A DNA stretch of 64,000 nucleotides from a virus (IMGVR_UViG_3300016667_000484:64001-128000), one strand, 5' to 3'. Shown: positions 27,540 through 36,409, counted from the first letter of the stretch. Program-made: numbers and translations. Notes: generated by a model not told the origin, from the letters alone.

Positions 27540-28478
27540 TTATTTCACCTTCTTCATGGCAGCACGACGCTGCTGTCTGTTCAAAACGGGTTGGGTAGTC
27601 TTATTTATATCACCATCATTGGATTTTGTCAAATAGTTCTTTTGGTTAGACGCGGCACTGGCCGTAGGTGACGCCTGAATCGCTGCCATAGCAGATAGTG
27701 ATCCACCAAAAGTGTACGATCCGACGTGCTGTAGTTGCATCCACGGGCAAAGCCAAACACTGATCCCGATCTTGCGAGCATAGTGACTGAACATATAGTC
27801 TTCTGACAGATACCGCTTGGTCTCTGGATCAATGACGCAGTCAAAGAACGTAGTGATCTCTCGACTTCCGTCGAAGTGCTCGGTACGAACATGGTCAGGG
27901 ATGTAGCTGAGTTCCGGGTATGCCTTAGCATACTTCTCAAAGACTTCACGATGGATCATCATGAAGCCGGTGCCACCTTCACGAATCTTTACGGGTTCAT
28001 CGATCTTAAACGATGTGATGTTCTCATCGGGATTGAACACATAGTCGCCGATGAAGTGTTCGAGTTGGAACGGATTCTTGTCAGCAAATCCACGTTCCAC
28101 TGCGACCTTGATCTTTTCCCACGCGATCGTTTTCTTTGGATACGCACCGGTGATGATGCCGTACTCATCTGCTGAGTTCGAGAGGTGCAACAGAGTAAGA
28201 ACGTCTTTGTGGTTAAACCCAATGTCAGAGTCAATGAACATCAGGTGCGTACAGTCAGAGCGTAAGAACTCATCGACGCAATAGTTTCGTGCACGAGTGA
28301 TCAGAGATTCGTTGAAGAGATAGTAATACCTCAGTTGAATTCCATATGTGGCACATACCGCGGACAAGTCGTTTGTTGATCGTGTGAACATACCGGCGCA
28401 TTGTCCACCATACATCGGTGTAGCCACAAACAACTTCTTTTTTCGTAGATCATCTACTTTGATTTCTAATTTCATCAC
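27540..28478 (-). CDS. GT-A fold glycosyltransferase-like protein
   Basis: FVATPMYGG, NESLITRARN, MFIDSD (DXD), GTGFMMI, SEDYMF. Confidence 0.7.
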   Translation of the reverse strand: MMKLEIKVDDLRKKKLFVATPMYGGQCAGMFTRSTNDLSAVCATYGIQLRYYYLFNESLITRARNYCVDEFLRSDCTHLMFIDSDIGFNHKDVLTLLHLSNSADEYGIITGAYPKKTIAWEKIKVAVERGFADKNPFQLEHFIGDYVFNPDENITSFKIDEPVKIREGGTGFMMIHREVFEKYAKAYPELSYIPDHVRTEHFDGSREITTFFDCVIDPETKRYLSEDYMFSHYARKIGISVWLCPWMQLQHVGSYTFGGSLSAMAAIQASPTASAASNQKNYLTKSNDGDINKTTQPVLNRQQRRAAMKKVK

Positions 28479-28978
28479 TTACCTTTCACTGGTCTTGCGT
28501 TTTCGAGCTGGCCTTTGATGAACTTAGCGCATTGCTTTGACGTCCATGCCATTTCATCAACGGCTGGAAGGCGATCATCTTTACCGATTCCACGAATGAC
28601 TGAGGCGGTCAACATCATAGCAGAAGCCATGATCATGCAGACTTGGTGAAGGTCAGACCCATCTTCACCGTCGTCGTAATCGTGGCCACGTTCAAAGTCT
28701 TCGATGTGACGCTTTAAGCTGTCAATCATCTGCTGCCACGGGAGCCCTTTTTCCCAGTTACGATCGGAATATTTCTGAGCTCCGTATTCAAGTGAGGCTG
28801 CAGCAGCCGCAATAGCTTCAAGAGGAACATGTCGAGTATAGGGAATCCCGAGGCCCTCACGTACCGCACCTGTTTCTGTTGCTTTGTACGTTGGTGCATC
28901 CGGTGATGATTTTCCATTAGCTTTTTTGACATCAGGGTAACCTCCAATCGGTTCATATAGTTCGCGATCACTCATCAT
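28475..28978 (-). CDS. dATP/dGTP diphosphohydrolase-like (DUF5664) all-alpha NTP pyrophosphatase
   Basis: YGAQKYSDRNWEKG...DSLKRHI...SDLHQV pattern. Confidence 0.75.
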   Translation of the reverse strand: MMSDRELYEPIGGYPDVKKANGKSSPDAPTYKATETGAVREGLGIPYTRHVPLEAIAAAAASLEYGAQKYSDRNWEKGLPWQQMIDSLKRHIEDFERGHDYDDGEDGSDLHQVCMIMASAMMLTASVIRGIGKDDRLPAVDEMAWTSKQCAKFIKGQLENARPVKGK

Positions 28979-29625
28979 CGTTTAGGCTGCTCCATATCGT
29001 TCTCAAGCCGAGCGATAGTCTGCAGACGAAGGATGTCAGCAGCAATATCATAACGGCTGTCATGTTTCACAAAAGTCTTGTTCCAATACTCTTCATCGGC
29101 GAGAGGGCAGAAACCATTCTGCTTTGGGAAGTTCAGTTTGGCGTCGATCCACGTACGAGTGTCACGCACAGACCAGAACTTCAAGAGCTCTTCGATCTCG
29201 GCGCGTCGGCCAATGAGCTTAGCCCAACGCTGCAAGATGATCGGATCGAACGTATTCGATCTGGACCACCAGTAATTGATCTTCCCGACTTCCTTGAGAT
29301 AGTTGATGAAGTTTTCAATGAAGACTTCCACGCGAACGTCTGCTGCACTTGGCTTCAGGACCTTCTTTGCGTCTTCAGATTGAGATAGCCACCAATCAAG
29401 GTCACGCTGAGTATAGACCGCACCAAACTCACGTACTTGATGTGCCATCTCGAGTTTGTCTTTACGAGCAAGGCTCACGAGTTCTTCGAGAGTGTAGGGG
29501 TTGTCAGAGGTAAAGCGATCCCAATCGAACGCCAGATATGAGCAGTCAAGCATTGGGATCGCAAAGACGTCTTGACCTAGAGTCTCGAAGTCATAGATAA
29601 AATGTTGGTTCACTGTTTGCCCCAC
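28975..29625 (-). CDS. DEDD 3'-5' exonuclease (DexA-like)
   Basis: IYDFETLG, WSRSNTFD, RDTRT, HDSRYD. Confidence 0.8.
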   Translation of the reverse strand: MGQTVNQHFIYDFETLGQDVFAIPMLDCSYLAFDWDRFTSDNPYTLEELVSLARKDKLEMAHQVREFGAVYTQRDLDWWLSQSEDAKKVLKPSAADVRVEVFIENFINYLKEVGKINYWWSRSNTFDPIILQRWAKLIGRRAEIEELLKFWSVRDTRTWIDAKLNFPKQNGFCPLADEEYWNKTFVKHDSRYDIAADILRLQTIARLENDMEQPKR

Positions 29626-29795
29626 CTTCCGGCATCACGTTTTTTGGTTTTTGTTGCATAATCTTCATCGGAAACAGCGCATGGATCATTAAGAGCATTG
29701 TGTAGCGTCGATAGATCATCTTTCCAGCACTTGATGCAGTAACTGCCTTCTCTACCGTCTTGAGTAACAGTTCTCACGAGGGAATGTTGGTTCAA
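29610..29795 (-). CDS. Small hypothetical protein
   Basis: Coupled overlaps with both neighbours. Confidence 0.4.
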   Translation of the reverse strand: MNQHSLVRTVTQDGREGSYCIKCWKDDLSTLHNALNDPCAVSDEDYATKTKKRDAGRWGKQ

Positions 29796-30991
29796 AAGAA
29801 ATTCTCCAAGGTCTGTTCTTTAGCAGAGTACTCTGCCTTCTGAGTATGATTATACTGCAAAACGTAATCGGTGTCAACTACTTGTCGGTTGCCCTTCAAA
29901 TATTCTACGACTTCGGTCGCCATGTCGGTCGCGGTTTGTACCGGTACGTTCTGGCAGATGTGGTTGGCGTTGCCGGTTCCAGCGTTCACGAGTTCAAAGT
30001 CCTCGGGTAGACCCATGATCGTCATCGCTTCACGATAAGTGATGTAACGATCTTCGTGAGGGTGAGTCAACATGGTCGGGTAGTGACCGACGAACGCACC
30101 GATGTAGTCCTTAGGAATGATCGTGCCACGACGCATGATGTTCTCACCACGACCGAGCTTTTCATGACGATACTTGCACTTCTCGACTTCTTTCTCGTAA
30201 CCATGCTTAGCCATCCACTCACCAACTTGCATGTAGTTGTAACCCATGCGCTCGATGTACGAGAACACATCACTGTTACGAACTTTCTGAGGCTCGACGA
30301 TGTCAGAGAACTGGCGATGAGTGATGCCGCCATGAATCTCTTCAAGGATGAACTTGTAGTACAGGTCGTCCTTCGACGGAGTCTTCTTGTTGATCGGATC
30401 CATCTGAAAGTTTGACTTGATACCAAGCAGGACATCTTCGATCTTCGTGTATGGGCGATTGTAGTAGTGAAGAAGTGGAGTCTTGTCTCCCTTCCAGAAG
30501 AAGTAGAAAGAACGCTCACGAATCTGAGGACCGCCATGAAGCAGAGTCTTTGTACGATACACCGACATCGTGTAACCATTCTTCTTGCCGATCGCCTTCA
30601 GTTCATTACGAACGTTCTCACCGATCTTCCCTGCAAAGCCAGGAGCATTTTCTCCCCACAGGACTTGAGGCTTCAGGTCACCAAGCACATACTCAGTTGT
30701 GATACGCATCCACTTGTTGTTTTCGTTGTGATCGCCGAAGCCATGTGATAGCTGACTCAAGCCCGCGCACGGGCATACGGACGAGACCACATCAACATTC
30801 ATATGGGGTTTACCACCTTCATCAAGAACGTAGTAAGGAACATCACCGGCGTAGTGGTTGACGATGTGGGCGTCGTTTGCTGCGAAGGCTTTGTACGACA
30901 TCATGTACTCTGGTCTTCGACCAAAAGCACGTTCAGCGCCGATTGTTTCACCACCGATGAGAGGGACGATTGATGCGTGAGTAAAAGTCAT
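29792..30991 (-). CDS. DNA cytosine-C5 methyltransferase-like protein with degenerate motif I
   Basis: CPCAGLS (IV), ENAPG (VI), PQIRERSF (VIII), TYREAMTIMGLPEDF (IX); motif I reads IVPLIGG. Confidence 0.8.
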   Translation of the reverse strand: MTFTHASIVPLIGGETIGAERAFGRRPEYMMSYKAFAANDAHIVNHYAGDVPYYVLDEGGKPHMNVDVVSSVCPCAGLSQLSHGFGDHNENNKWMRITTEYVLGDLKPQVLWGENAPGFAGKIGENVRNELKAIGKKNGYTMSVYRTKTLLHGGPQIRERSFYFFWKGDKTPLLHYYNRPYTKIEDVLLGIKSNFQMDPINKKTPSKDDLYYKFILEEIHGGITHRQFSDIVEPQKVRNSDVFSYIERMGYNYMQVGEWMAKHGYEKEVEKCKYRHEKLGRGENIMRRGTIIPKDYIGAFVGHYPTMLTHPHEDRYITYREAMTIMGLPEDFELVNAGTGNANHICQNVPVQTATDMATEVVEYLKGNRQVVDTDYVLQYNHTQKAEYSAKEQTLENFF

Positions 30992-32232
30992 AGATTATCC
31001 TTCACCTGTTTCATAAGATCTTCAAATACATACTCAGAGTCTTGGTGAGCTTTGTAGAAAGCATATGCACCTTCGCGCCACTCATCACGGAGGATCGGAT
31101 CGTCAGCGAGTCTCTTAACTGTATTTATTGCTTCTTCCATGTCTGACTTCTCTTTCGAGAGCCAGATTGTGAAGTTATCTTTAGACTTAGACAGAGGATC
31201 ACCTGTGACGCGATGAACACAGATGTCGCCATACTCTTTACGGAACACTGGAACGGTGCCGACCGAAGCCACTTCACAATGAGTGTACTCGATCGACTTC
31301 TCGATGAACTTAGACTTCAGGATCGACAGCTGGTAACCAAAGCCAACCTTAGACATCCGATGAAGCAACTTGTCGTTGACGTATGGGCCGAAGACCGAAG
31401 CTTTGTGGCCATACCGACCACCGAGGTGAAAGCCTTCTGGTTCAGATTTGATCTCATTGTAGAAGTCGCTCAGCTCCTTAAACGCCAAGAAAGCCGGAGA
31501 CTTCTCGATGCCTTCAAACGTAGTCAGGTACTCATTCGGCATCAGGTATTCGTTGTGCCACTGGAACATGAGGTCGAAACCCTTCCACGAGGTGCAACGA
31601 CCGATCCACTTATGATGCCATGGATCTTGTTCAGTGATGTCTTTCCAGTAGAGCTTGCGGTTGAGTTCAAAGTCAAGGCCCGGCTGGAAGTTCAAGATCT
31701 TCTTTGAGTCTTCTTCATCGTCGCCAAAGAACGACATCAACGATGAGCCGGCGTTACGTTCCTTGACGTAGTCAGAGAAGTCATTCGTGCGGGCATGAGC
31801 AAAGATCAGAGTCGCAGCATCGATCGCTTCGTCGAGAGCAGCATTACGCTTGATCGAATAGATCGTATGGTCGTGTTGAATCAGGATCACCGGCTTCTTG
31901 AAAGACTTCAATGCTTTGATCCAGTTGTCGATAGCTTCATCGCCTGCGCCTTTGCCACGGCCGTTACCCAGCGCAGGCAGAGAGTTGATGAAGATGTAGT
32001 CAGACTGATTGCACTCTTCGATGAAGCGATTGATCTGAGCTTCATCTGCAAACTTGAACAGATCAACTTCGCCCAAGTCGTGTGCGTTCTTACGAGAGAA
32101 CGTCTTATCTTTTGCTGCGTACACTTTGGTCTGATAGCCATGAGCTTTCAACCACTTGACTTGCTCAACAGTGTACTTCGTGACACCACATCCTTCGATG
32201 CCACGGGCCATGATGATGGCTACCTTAGTCAT
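30988..32232 (-). CDS. agt: DNA alpha-glucosyltransferase homologue
   Basis: MARGIEGCGVTK, QHDH, WIGRCTSWKG, EGIEKSPAF, GFGYQLS, EYTHCE match recalled T4 a-gt sequence. Confidence 0.9.
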   Translation of the reverse strand: MTKVAIIMARGIEGCGVTKYTVEQVKWLKAHGYQTKVYAAKDKTFSRKNAHDLGEVDLFKFADEAQINRFIEECNQSDYIFINSLPALGNGRGKGAGDEAIDNWIKALKSFKKPVILIQHDHTIYSIKRNAALDEAIDAATLIFAHARTNDFSDYVKERNAGSSLMSFFGDDEEDSKKILNFQPGLDFELNRKLYWKDITEQDPWHHKWIGRCTSWKGFDLMFQWHNEYLMPNEYLTTFEGIEKSPAFLAFKELSDFYNEIKSEPEGFHLGGRYGHKASVFGPYVNDKLLHRMSKVGFGYQLSILKSKFIEKSIEYTHCEVASVGTVPVFRKEYGDICVHRVTGDPLSKSKDNFTIWLSKEKSDMEEAINTVKRLADDPILRDEWREGAYAFYKAHQDSEYVFEDLMKQVKDNL

Positions 32233-32596
32233 AGATATACCTCTTACATTTGTCTAGAATTCGGTTCAATTCAACCTTGTCATTCAGGACTCTGTTCCTT
32301 GGCGAAGGGTGCGGTAGCCTGAAATGCATTTTATTTATGCGGTCGAGAACGGCAGACGGGAATCCACCGAGCGCTATGACTTTATTATAACCCAAAACTG
32401 CAGATTGTACATAGCTAAAGTCGATGTCTTTCAACTTTACTTCTCCACGTACATCTGTGCAGTTCATGAATGAGTAGTATCGAACACCAAGAAGATCGGT
32501 CCATTGATTGAGCCGATCGATCGTGTGGTTCTTGTAGTGAAACGCTTTCGGGTTATTCCCCGGATTCTGCCCGAGGATCAAAATCGATGAAGTCAA
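32225..32596 (-). CDS. Minimal uracil-DNA-glycosylase-superfamily protein
   Basis: ILGQNPG (motif A-like) and LPHPSPRN (motif B-like); TTG start with GGAG RBS. Confidence 0.6.
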   Translation of the reverse strand: MTSSILILGQNPGNNPKAFHYKNHTIDRLNQWTDLLGVRYYSFMNCTDVRGEVKLKDIDFSYVQSAVLGYNKVIALGGFPSAVLDRINKMHFRLPHPSPRNRVLNDKVELNRILDKCKRYIYD

Positions 32597-33023
32597 AGTC
32601 CACTCCTGCTTCGTCAAAGAAGTTCATGCTCGTCATCCAAGAGTCGAGCCACTTCCCATCCACTTTCTGGTTCGGCATCACGACGCGCTTGATACCAACC
32701 TGAATGACGCCCTTGGCACACTCAGAACAGATCGGAAGACCGTACACATACAGTGTGGCACCATCAAGTGAGGTACCATTGTAAGTCGCGTTGTAGATCG
32801 CATTCATCTCAGCATGAACGACGAACTTGTACTTCGTCTCACGATCATGAAGACGAGTGAAGTCGTCTTTGAGACCACGTGGCAGGCCATTGAAACCTTG
32901 GGACAGGACTTGTCCCTTAGCTCCAACAGTGACCGCGCCGATCTTACTCGATGGGTCCTTTGACCATTGTGCTACCTCATACGCAAGCTTGAGGTAGCGT
33001 AGATCCCACTTAAGGTTGTGCAT
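32553..33023 (-). CDS. cd: dCMP deaminase
   Basis: SKDPS, GFNG, HAEMNAI, PICSECAK zinc motifs. Confidence 0.92.
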   Translation of the reverse strand: MHNLKWDLRYLKLAYEVAQWSKDPSSKIGAVTVGAKGQVLSQGFNGLPRGLKDDFTRLHDRETKYKFVVHAEMNAIYNATYNGTSLDGATLYVYGLPICSECAKGVIQVGIKRVVMPNQKVDGKWLDSWMTSMNFFDEAGVDFDFIDFDPRAESGE

Positions 33024-33678
33024 TCATCAGCTCCTCGATGAACTTGAAGTGACGTTCGTAGACGTGAAGGTTGGTCGCAGTCCAGATGATGTCACCACAT
33101 TCGACACCTAGGTCTGACGCAAGCTGCTTCTGGACATGCATTGCCCAATGGATGTCGTTGTCGTAGCCAAACACAGCGTCGTTCGAACGCATCAGATAGT
33201 GACTGATGAGTTTGCCATCGCGGATCAAGAAGGTATTCGCGTAGGTGCAGATGAAGTCCGACATCCCATCACGTTTGTAGTCTTCGTGCATCGACGGACG
33301 ATTGTAAATCATCACCGCACGACGGCTGTTTGGATTCGCTTTAAGTTCCTTGAGAACATTATCGTACTGGTTGAAGTTTTCCTCGTGCCAGATGAGATAG
33401 CCATAGTTCGAGTTGATCTCGCCAAAGTCTGAGCAGACTTGATTCCAGATCGCAGGAGTTCCACCCGGGATGTCGTCAACATACAAAGACTGAGACTTAT
33501 ACCACTCGAGTTCGCGTTCGATGTACTCGTAGTTTGGTTTGCGGATGATCCAGTCTTCGTCAGCGATGAACGACTCGCCGATCACCTCGATCGTCTTCAC
33601 TCCGGTCTTGTCGATAACGAAGTCTTGATCTTTGTACTTCTGAATGAGCTTGGCTCGAATGTCAGCGACTCTTTGCAT
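33010..33678 (-). CDS. gp42: dCMP hydroxymethylase (thymidylate-synthase fold)
   Basis: DKTGVKTIE, EINSNYG, SRRAVMIYNRPSM, DFICT, RSNDAVFGYDND (Asp at the cytosine-specificity position). Confidence 0.88.
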   Translation of the reverse strand: MQRVADIRAKLIQKYKDQDFVIDKTGVKTIEVIGESFIADEDWIIRKPNYEYIERELEWYKSQSLYVDDIPGGTPAIWNQVCSDFGEINSNYGYLIWHEENFNQYDNVLKELKANPNSRRAVMIYNRPSMHEDYKRDGMSDFICTYANTFLIRDGKLISHYLMRSNDAVFGYDNDIHWAMHVQKQLASDLGVECGDIIWTATNLHVYERHFKFIEELMNAQP

Positions 33679-34222
33679 TTTGTACTCCGTCTAGGAACTT
33701 AGTCACGGTGTCGTAGGTGTTCTTGAACCCGCCGTTTTCGTGAATGTTGATGTGAAGTTTGTTTGGAATGATAGAACGTTTGAATGCTTCTTCGAATGCA
33801 ATCCGCGTCTCGTCGAACTCGGAGGGAGTACCTTCGAGAGAATTCTCGTCGTTACGCTCCATGATGTTGTGAGTCCAGTCAGTGAGAAGTACGAGAGCGA
33901 TCTCATCATCTTTACGAATCAGCATGTTCTCGATCGCGTAGATGTCTTCTGGGTCTGCGTTTCGATACTTCTTGCCATACACGATCGCACCAAGGTGGAA
34001 CCTATCGTAGATAACGTTGAAGTCTTCAGCGTAGTTCAGGTAGTAGCTGGTGTCTAGAAGCGACTTGTAGTGCTGAACTTCCCACTCGTTGGGGTTCTCT
34101 ACCTTAGGCGGAGACGACGAGTGATGGACGAGAATACGTGGATCGGTGAAGTATCGCTTGCGGAGCTGTTCGACAAGCGTCGACTTACCGCAACGATCCA
34201 TGCCTTCGATGATCAAAATCAT
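33662..34222 (-). CDS. Deoxynucleotide monophosphate kinase (thymidylate-kinase fold)
   Basis: IIEGMDRCGKST P-loop and YDRFHL. Confidence 0.8.
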   Translation of the reverse strand: MILIIEGMDRCGKSTLVEQLRKRYFTDPRILVHHSSSPPKVENPNEWEVQHYKSLLDTSYYLNYAEDFNVIYDRFHLGAIVYGKKYRNADPEDIYAIENMLIRKDDEIALVLLTDWTHNIMERNDENSLEGTPSEFDETRIAFEEAFKRSIIPNKLHINIHENGGFKNTYDTVTKFLDGVQNAKSR

Positions 34223-34656
34223 GCAAACCTCTTGTGTTTAGAAATTGCCTTTGAGTGTTCAAGGAGTTCTTGAACACGGTTATCAGTTATTGTACACAAT
34301 GGAATGCATTCTGTCAATGGATACTTACGACAAATGCGCCCATCGCTTGGGTAAGCGAGAGACTTCTTGTCCTTGTGGTTGATGCTTAGGTAAAGCAAGA
34401 TGCCGTCTTCTTCTTTCTCTGGCACCTTGACGAAGAAGAGAAGATCCACTCCATCACACTTCGCCCACTGCTTCTTGTCGACCCAGAAAGACTGTGAAGA
34501 ATGGTTCAGGCGAGACGTCTTGACTTCGTACGTCATGCCATTGATGGTGCCATCTTTCTTATCGTCATACCAGTCATGGGTACGCACTGCGTCCTCGAAA
34601 AACTCGAGGACGATGCTCTCACCGATTTCACCTGCAGATCGTCTTACGTCTTTCAT
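34219..34656 (-). CDS. Putative PD-(D/E)xK endonuclease
   Basis: GEIGESIV...KDGTINGMTYEVKT. Confidence 0.55.
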   Translation of the reverse strand: MKDVRRSAGEIGESIVLEFFEDAVRTHDWYDDKKDGTINGMTYEVKTSRLNHSSQSFWVDKKQWAKCDGVDLLFFVKVPEKEEDGILLYLSINHKDKKSLAYPSDGRICRKYPLTECIPLCTITDNRVQELLEHSKAISKHKRFA

Positions 34657-34657
34657 G

Positions 34658-35254
34658 TCAGCACTCTGCAAAATACCACGCTGACCATTTTTTCGAAGCG
34701 GAGTTACACCGATAATACACTTGGCTATACACAAGACCTGAATAGTGCTCGATCACGTCATGATATGTTTCATATCGCACGCCATCAACGATGAACGATC
34801 TCTGTTTGTTTTTTCTGTGGTTATTTCCATCTAGTACAAGTTCGATATTATTCTCTCGATAGGCACTTCTCCACCGATAAGAATCGGATTTTTGCGCGGG
34901 TATCAATCTCCGATTTTCATCAGATGTAACATAATGCACCCTAGATCTGGACATCAACAATGCGGTCAATCGCTTGACTGAAAAATTCTTTCCATTGAGT
35001 AGGGCGTTAATGATCAGTTCTGCAGACTTTTGTCGTGGAAAAATGTGTTCCGATGTGTATTGGTTGTAATCTACCGCTTCTTGGCTGCAGTATCCAGTAT
35101 AGATTTCTGCAAGCTCCCAGATTTGATTACGAATGCCATTGACAAACCATCTCAAAGATTTTGAGTTATGTCGATGCGCGGGAAACCCTTCTAAAATGTA
35201 TACCGCGAATGATTCATAGTCGCGGCGTACTGTTTCACGGTGGATGTGTGTCAT
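34658..35254 (-). CDS. Putative His-Me-finger (HNH-like) nuclease with C-terminal DNA-binding module
   Basis: SEHIFP...VHYVTSDENRRL; C-terminal IVDGVRYET NUMOD1-like segment. Confidence 0.55.
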   Translation of the reverse strand: MTHIHRETVRRDYESFAVYILEGFPAHRHNSKSLRWFVNGIRNQIWELAEIYTGYCSQEAVDYNQYTSEHIFPRQKSAELIINALLNGKNFSVKRLTALLMSRSRVHYVTSDENRRLIPAQKSDSYRWRSAYRENNIELVLDGNNHRKNKQRSFIVDGVRYETYHDVIEHYSGLVYSQVYYRCNSASKKWSAWYFAEC

Positions 35255-35257
35255 GTG

Positions 35258-35491
35258 TTAGCGCCGTTCGTAGACGTAGACGTCGGCAGTTTTCGCGAGA
35301 GGCAGAGGAAGTGACTGATTGTAACGACGGTTGCCGAGACGAGGACCGCGGCCCTGAAGCTTCACGTACTTTTTCGAACCAGTGTATTTGTTCTCAAGAC
35401 GAACGAGCATCTTCACCAGGTTCAGAACTTCGTCGTCGGCTTTGCCGTTCACAAGGTCAACGGTCATAATGTAAGCGTTCGTGCGAGTCAT
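35258..35491 (-). CDS. Hypothetical early protein
   Basis: Downstream of early promoter; KLQGRGPR motif. Confidence 0.55.
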   Translation of the reverse strand: MTRTNAYIMTVDLVNGKADDEVLNLVKMLVRLENKYTGSKKYVKLQGRGPRLGNRRYNQSLPLPLAKTADVYVYERR

Positions 35492-35520
35492 GGTGTTCTC
35501 TTTCTGTTGGTTACCAGATA

Positions 35521-35556
35521 GATATAAGCTAAGAGGGGAAGAATGTCAACCCCTCT
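35521..35556 (-). promoter_or_regulatory. Early promoter with -35 inside a stem-loop (PeSL-like)
   Basis: TTGACA-17-TATATC; AGAGGGG/CCCCTCT inverted repeat around the -35. Confidence 0.7.
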
Positions 35557-35929
35557 CGAACTTATTTTTCAGCTTTTCGTACATTTCTTTTTCCCGTGAT
35601 TCAGTCGCAGCACGAGATTCCGCTTCCTTCTTCAGGCGGAATCTGTACTCAACCTCTGTCTCATAGCGTTTGCCATACAAAACATACGACGGTGAACATG
35701 AACAGTCATGTCTGCATCCACAGTCTCGCTTCTCGTGAAAAGTCATATCTCGGTAACGATCACGATTCTCTTTCATCATCCATGTCAGTTCATTGATTAG
35801 CGACTTCAAAGAACTGTGTGGGTGCAAACGATGTGAGGCGTATCCATAATCAATGTATTCCGAGCCACCGTACGGATACCGCATGATCTTAGGTTCTGCA
35901 CCGACTGGTACTTCAATCAACTTTTTCAT
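35546..35929 (-). CDS. Hypothetical protein
   Basis: ORF track; Cys cluster CGCRHDCSC. Confidence 0.5.
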   Translation of the reverse strand: MKKLIEVPVGAEPKIMRYPYGGSEYIDYGYASHRLHPHSSLKSLINELTWMMKENRDRYRDMTFHEKRDCGCRHDCSCSPSYVLYGKRYETEVEYRFRLKKEAESRAATESREKEMYEKLKNKFERG

Positions 35930-35972
35930 CAGTCTAAGATACCTTTGAGTGAGTTATCATGATCATTTCTTC

Positions 35973-36335
35973 TTAAGCGGCGAACCGCATCTTCGCCATT
36001 TGCTCGGTGCACTTGTAACGCTTACCGTCAGCAGCGTTGATGTACACGAAGGGCATCTTGTGAGCACGAGTGTTGTAGTCGACGAGCTCGTCACCAAACT
36101 TGTTCTTCAGCTTCAAACCGAGAGCAGCAACACGAGTCTCAAGGATCACATTCGAGAAACTCTTAGCACCGACAACTTTCGCTTTGACTTTGATCTCGAC
36201 TTCAGCTTCGCTGAACTTCATCGAACCGACTTCGAACTCAAGGTTCGAGTCGATGCCGTACTTGCTCAGGAGAGCACTCATCTCAGCACGAAGGGCAGTC
36301 AGGTTCTTACGGTCGAATTTCGCGAACTTCGTCAT
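35973..36335 (-). CDS. Hypothetical early protein
   Basis: Downstream of early promoter. Confidence 0.6.
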   Translation of the reverse strand: MTKFAKFDRKNLTALRAEMSALLSKYGIDSNLEFEVGSMKFSEAEVEIKVKAKVVGAKSFSNVILETRVAALGLKLKNKFGDELVDYNTRAHKMPFVYINAADGKRYKCTEQMAKMRFAA

Positions 36336-36371
36336 TTTGTCGTACCTTGCTTTGTTCTTCCTTACTAGTTA

Positions 36372-36409
36372 GATATAATCAACCCCACCAGTAATGTCAA
36401 CTGGTGGGG
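36372..36409 (-). promoter_or_regulatory. Early promoter with -35 inside a stem-loop (PeSL-like)
   Basis: TTGACA-17-TATATC; perfect 9-bp inverted repeat CCCCACCAG/CTGGTGGGG around the -35. Confidence 0.75.

Noticed and set aside
28475-28978. 2-aminoadenine (dZ) genome system suggested by DUF5664
   Set aside because: No PurZ or DatZ-like gene in the window; the neighbourhood is cytosine-modification
33010-33678. Ordinary thymidylate synthase
   Set aside because: Sequence follows T4 gp42 and has Asp, not Asn, at the base-specificity position
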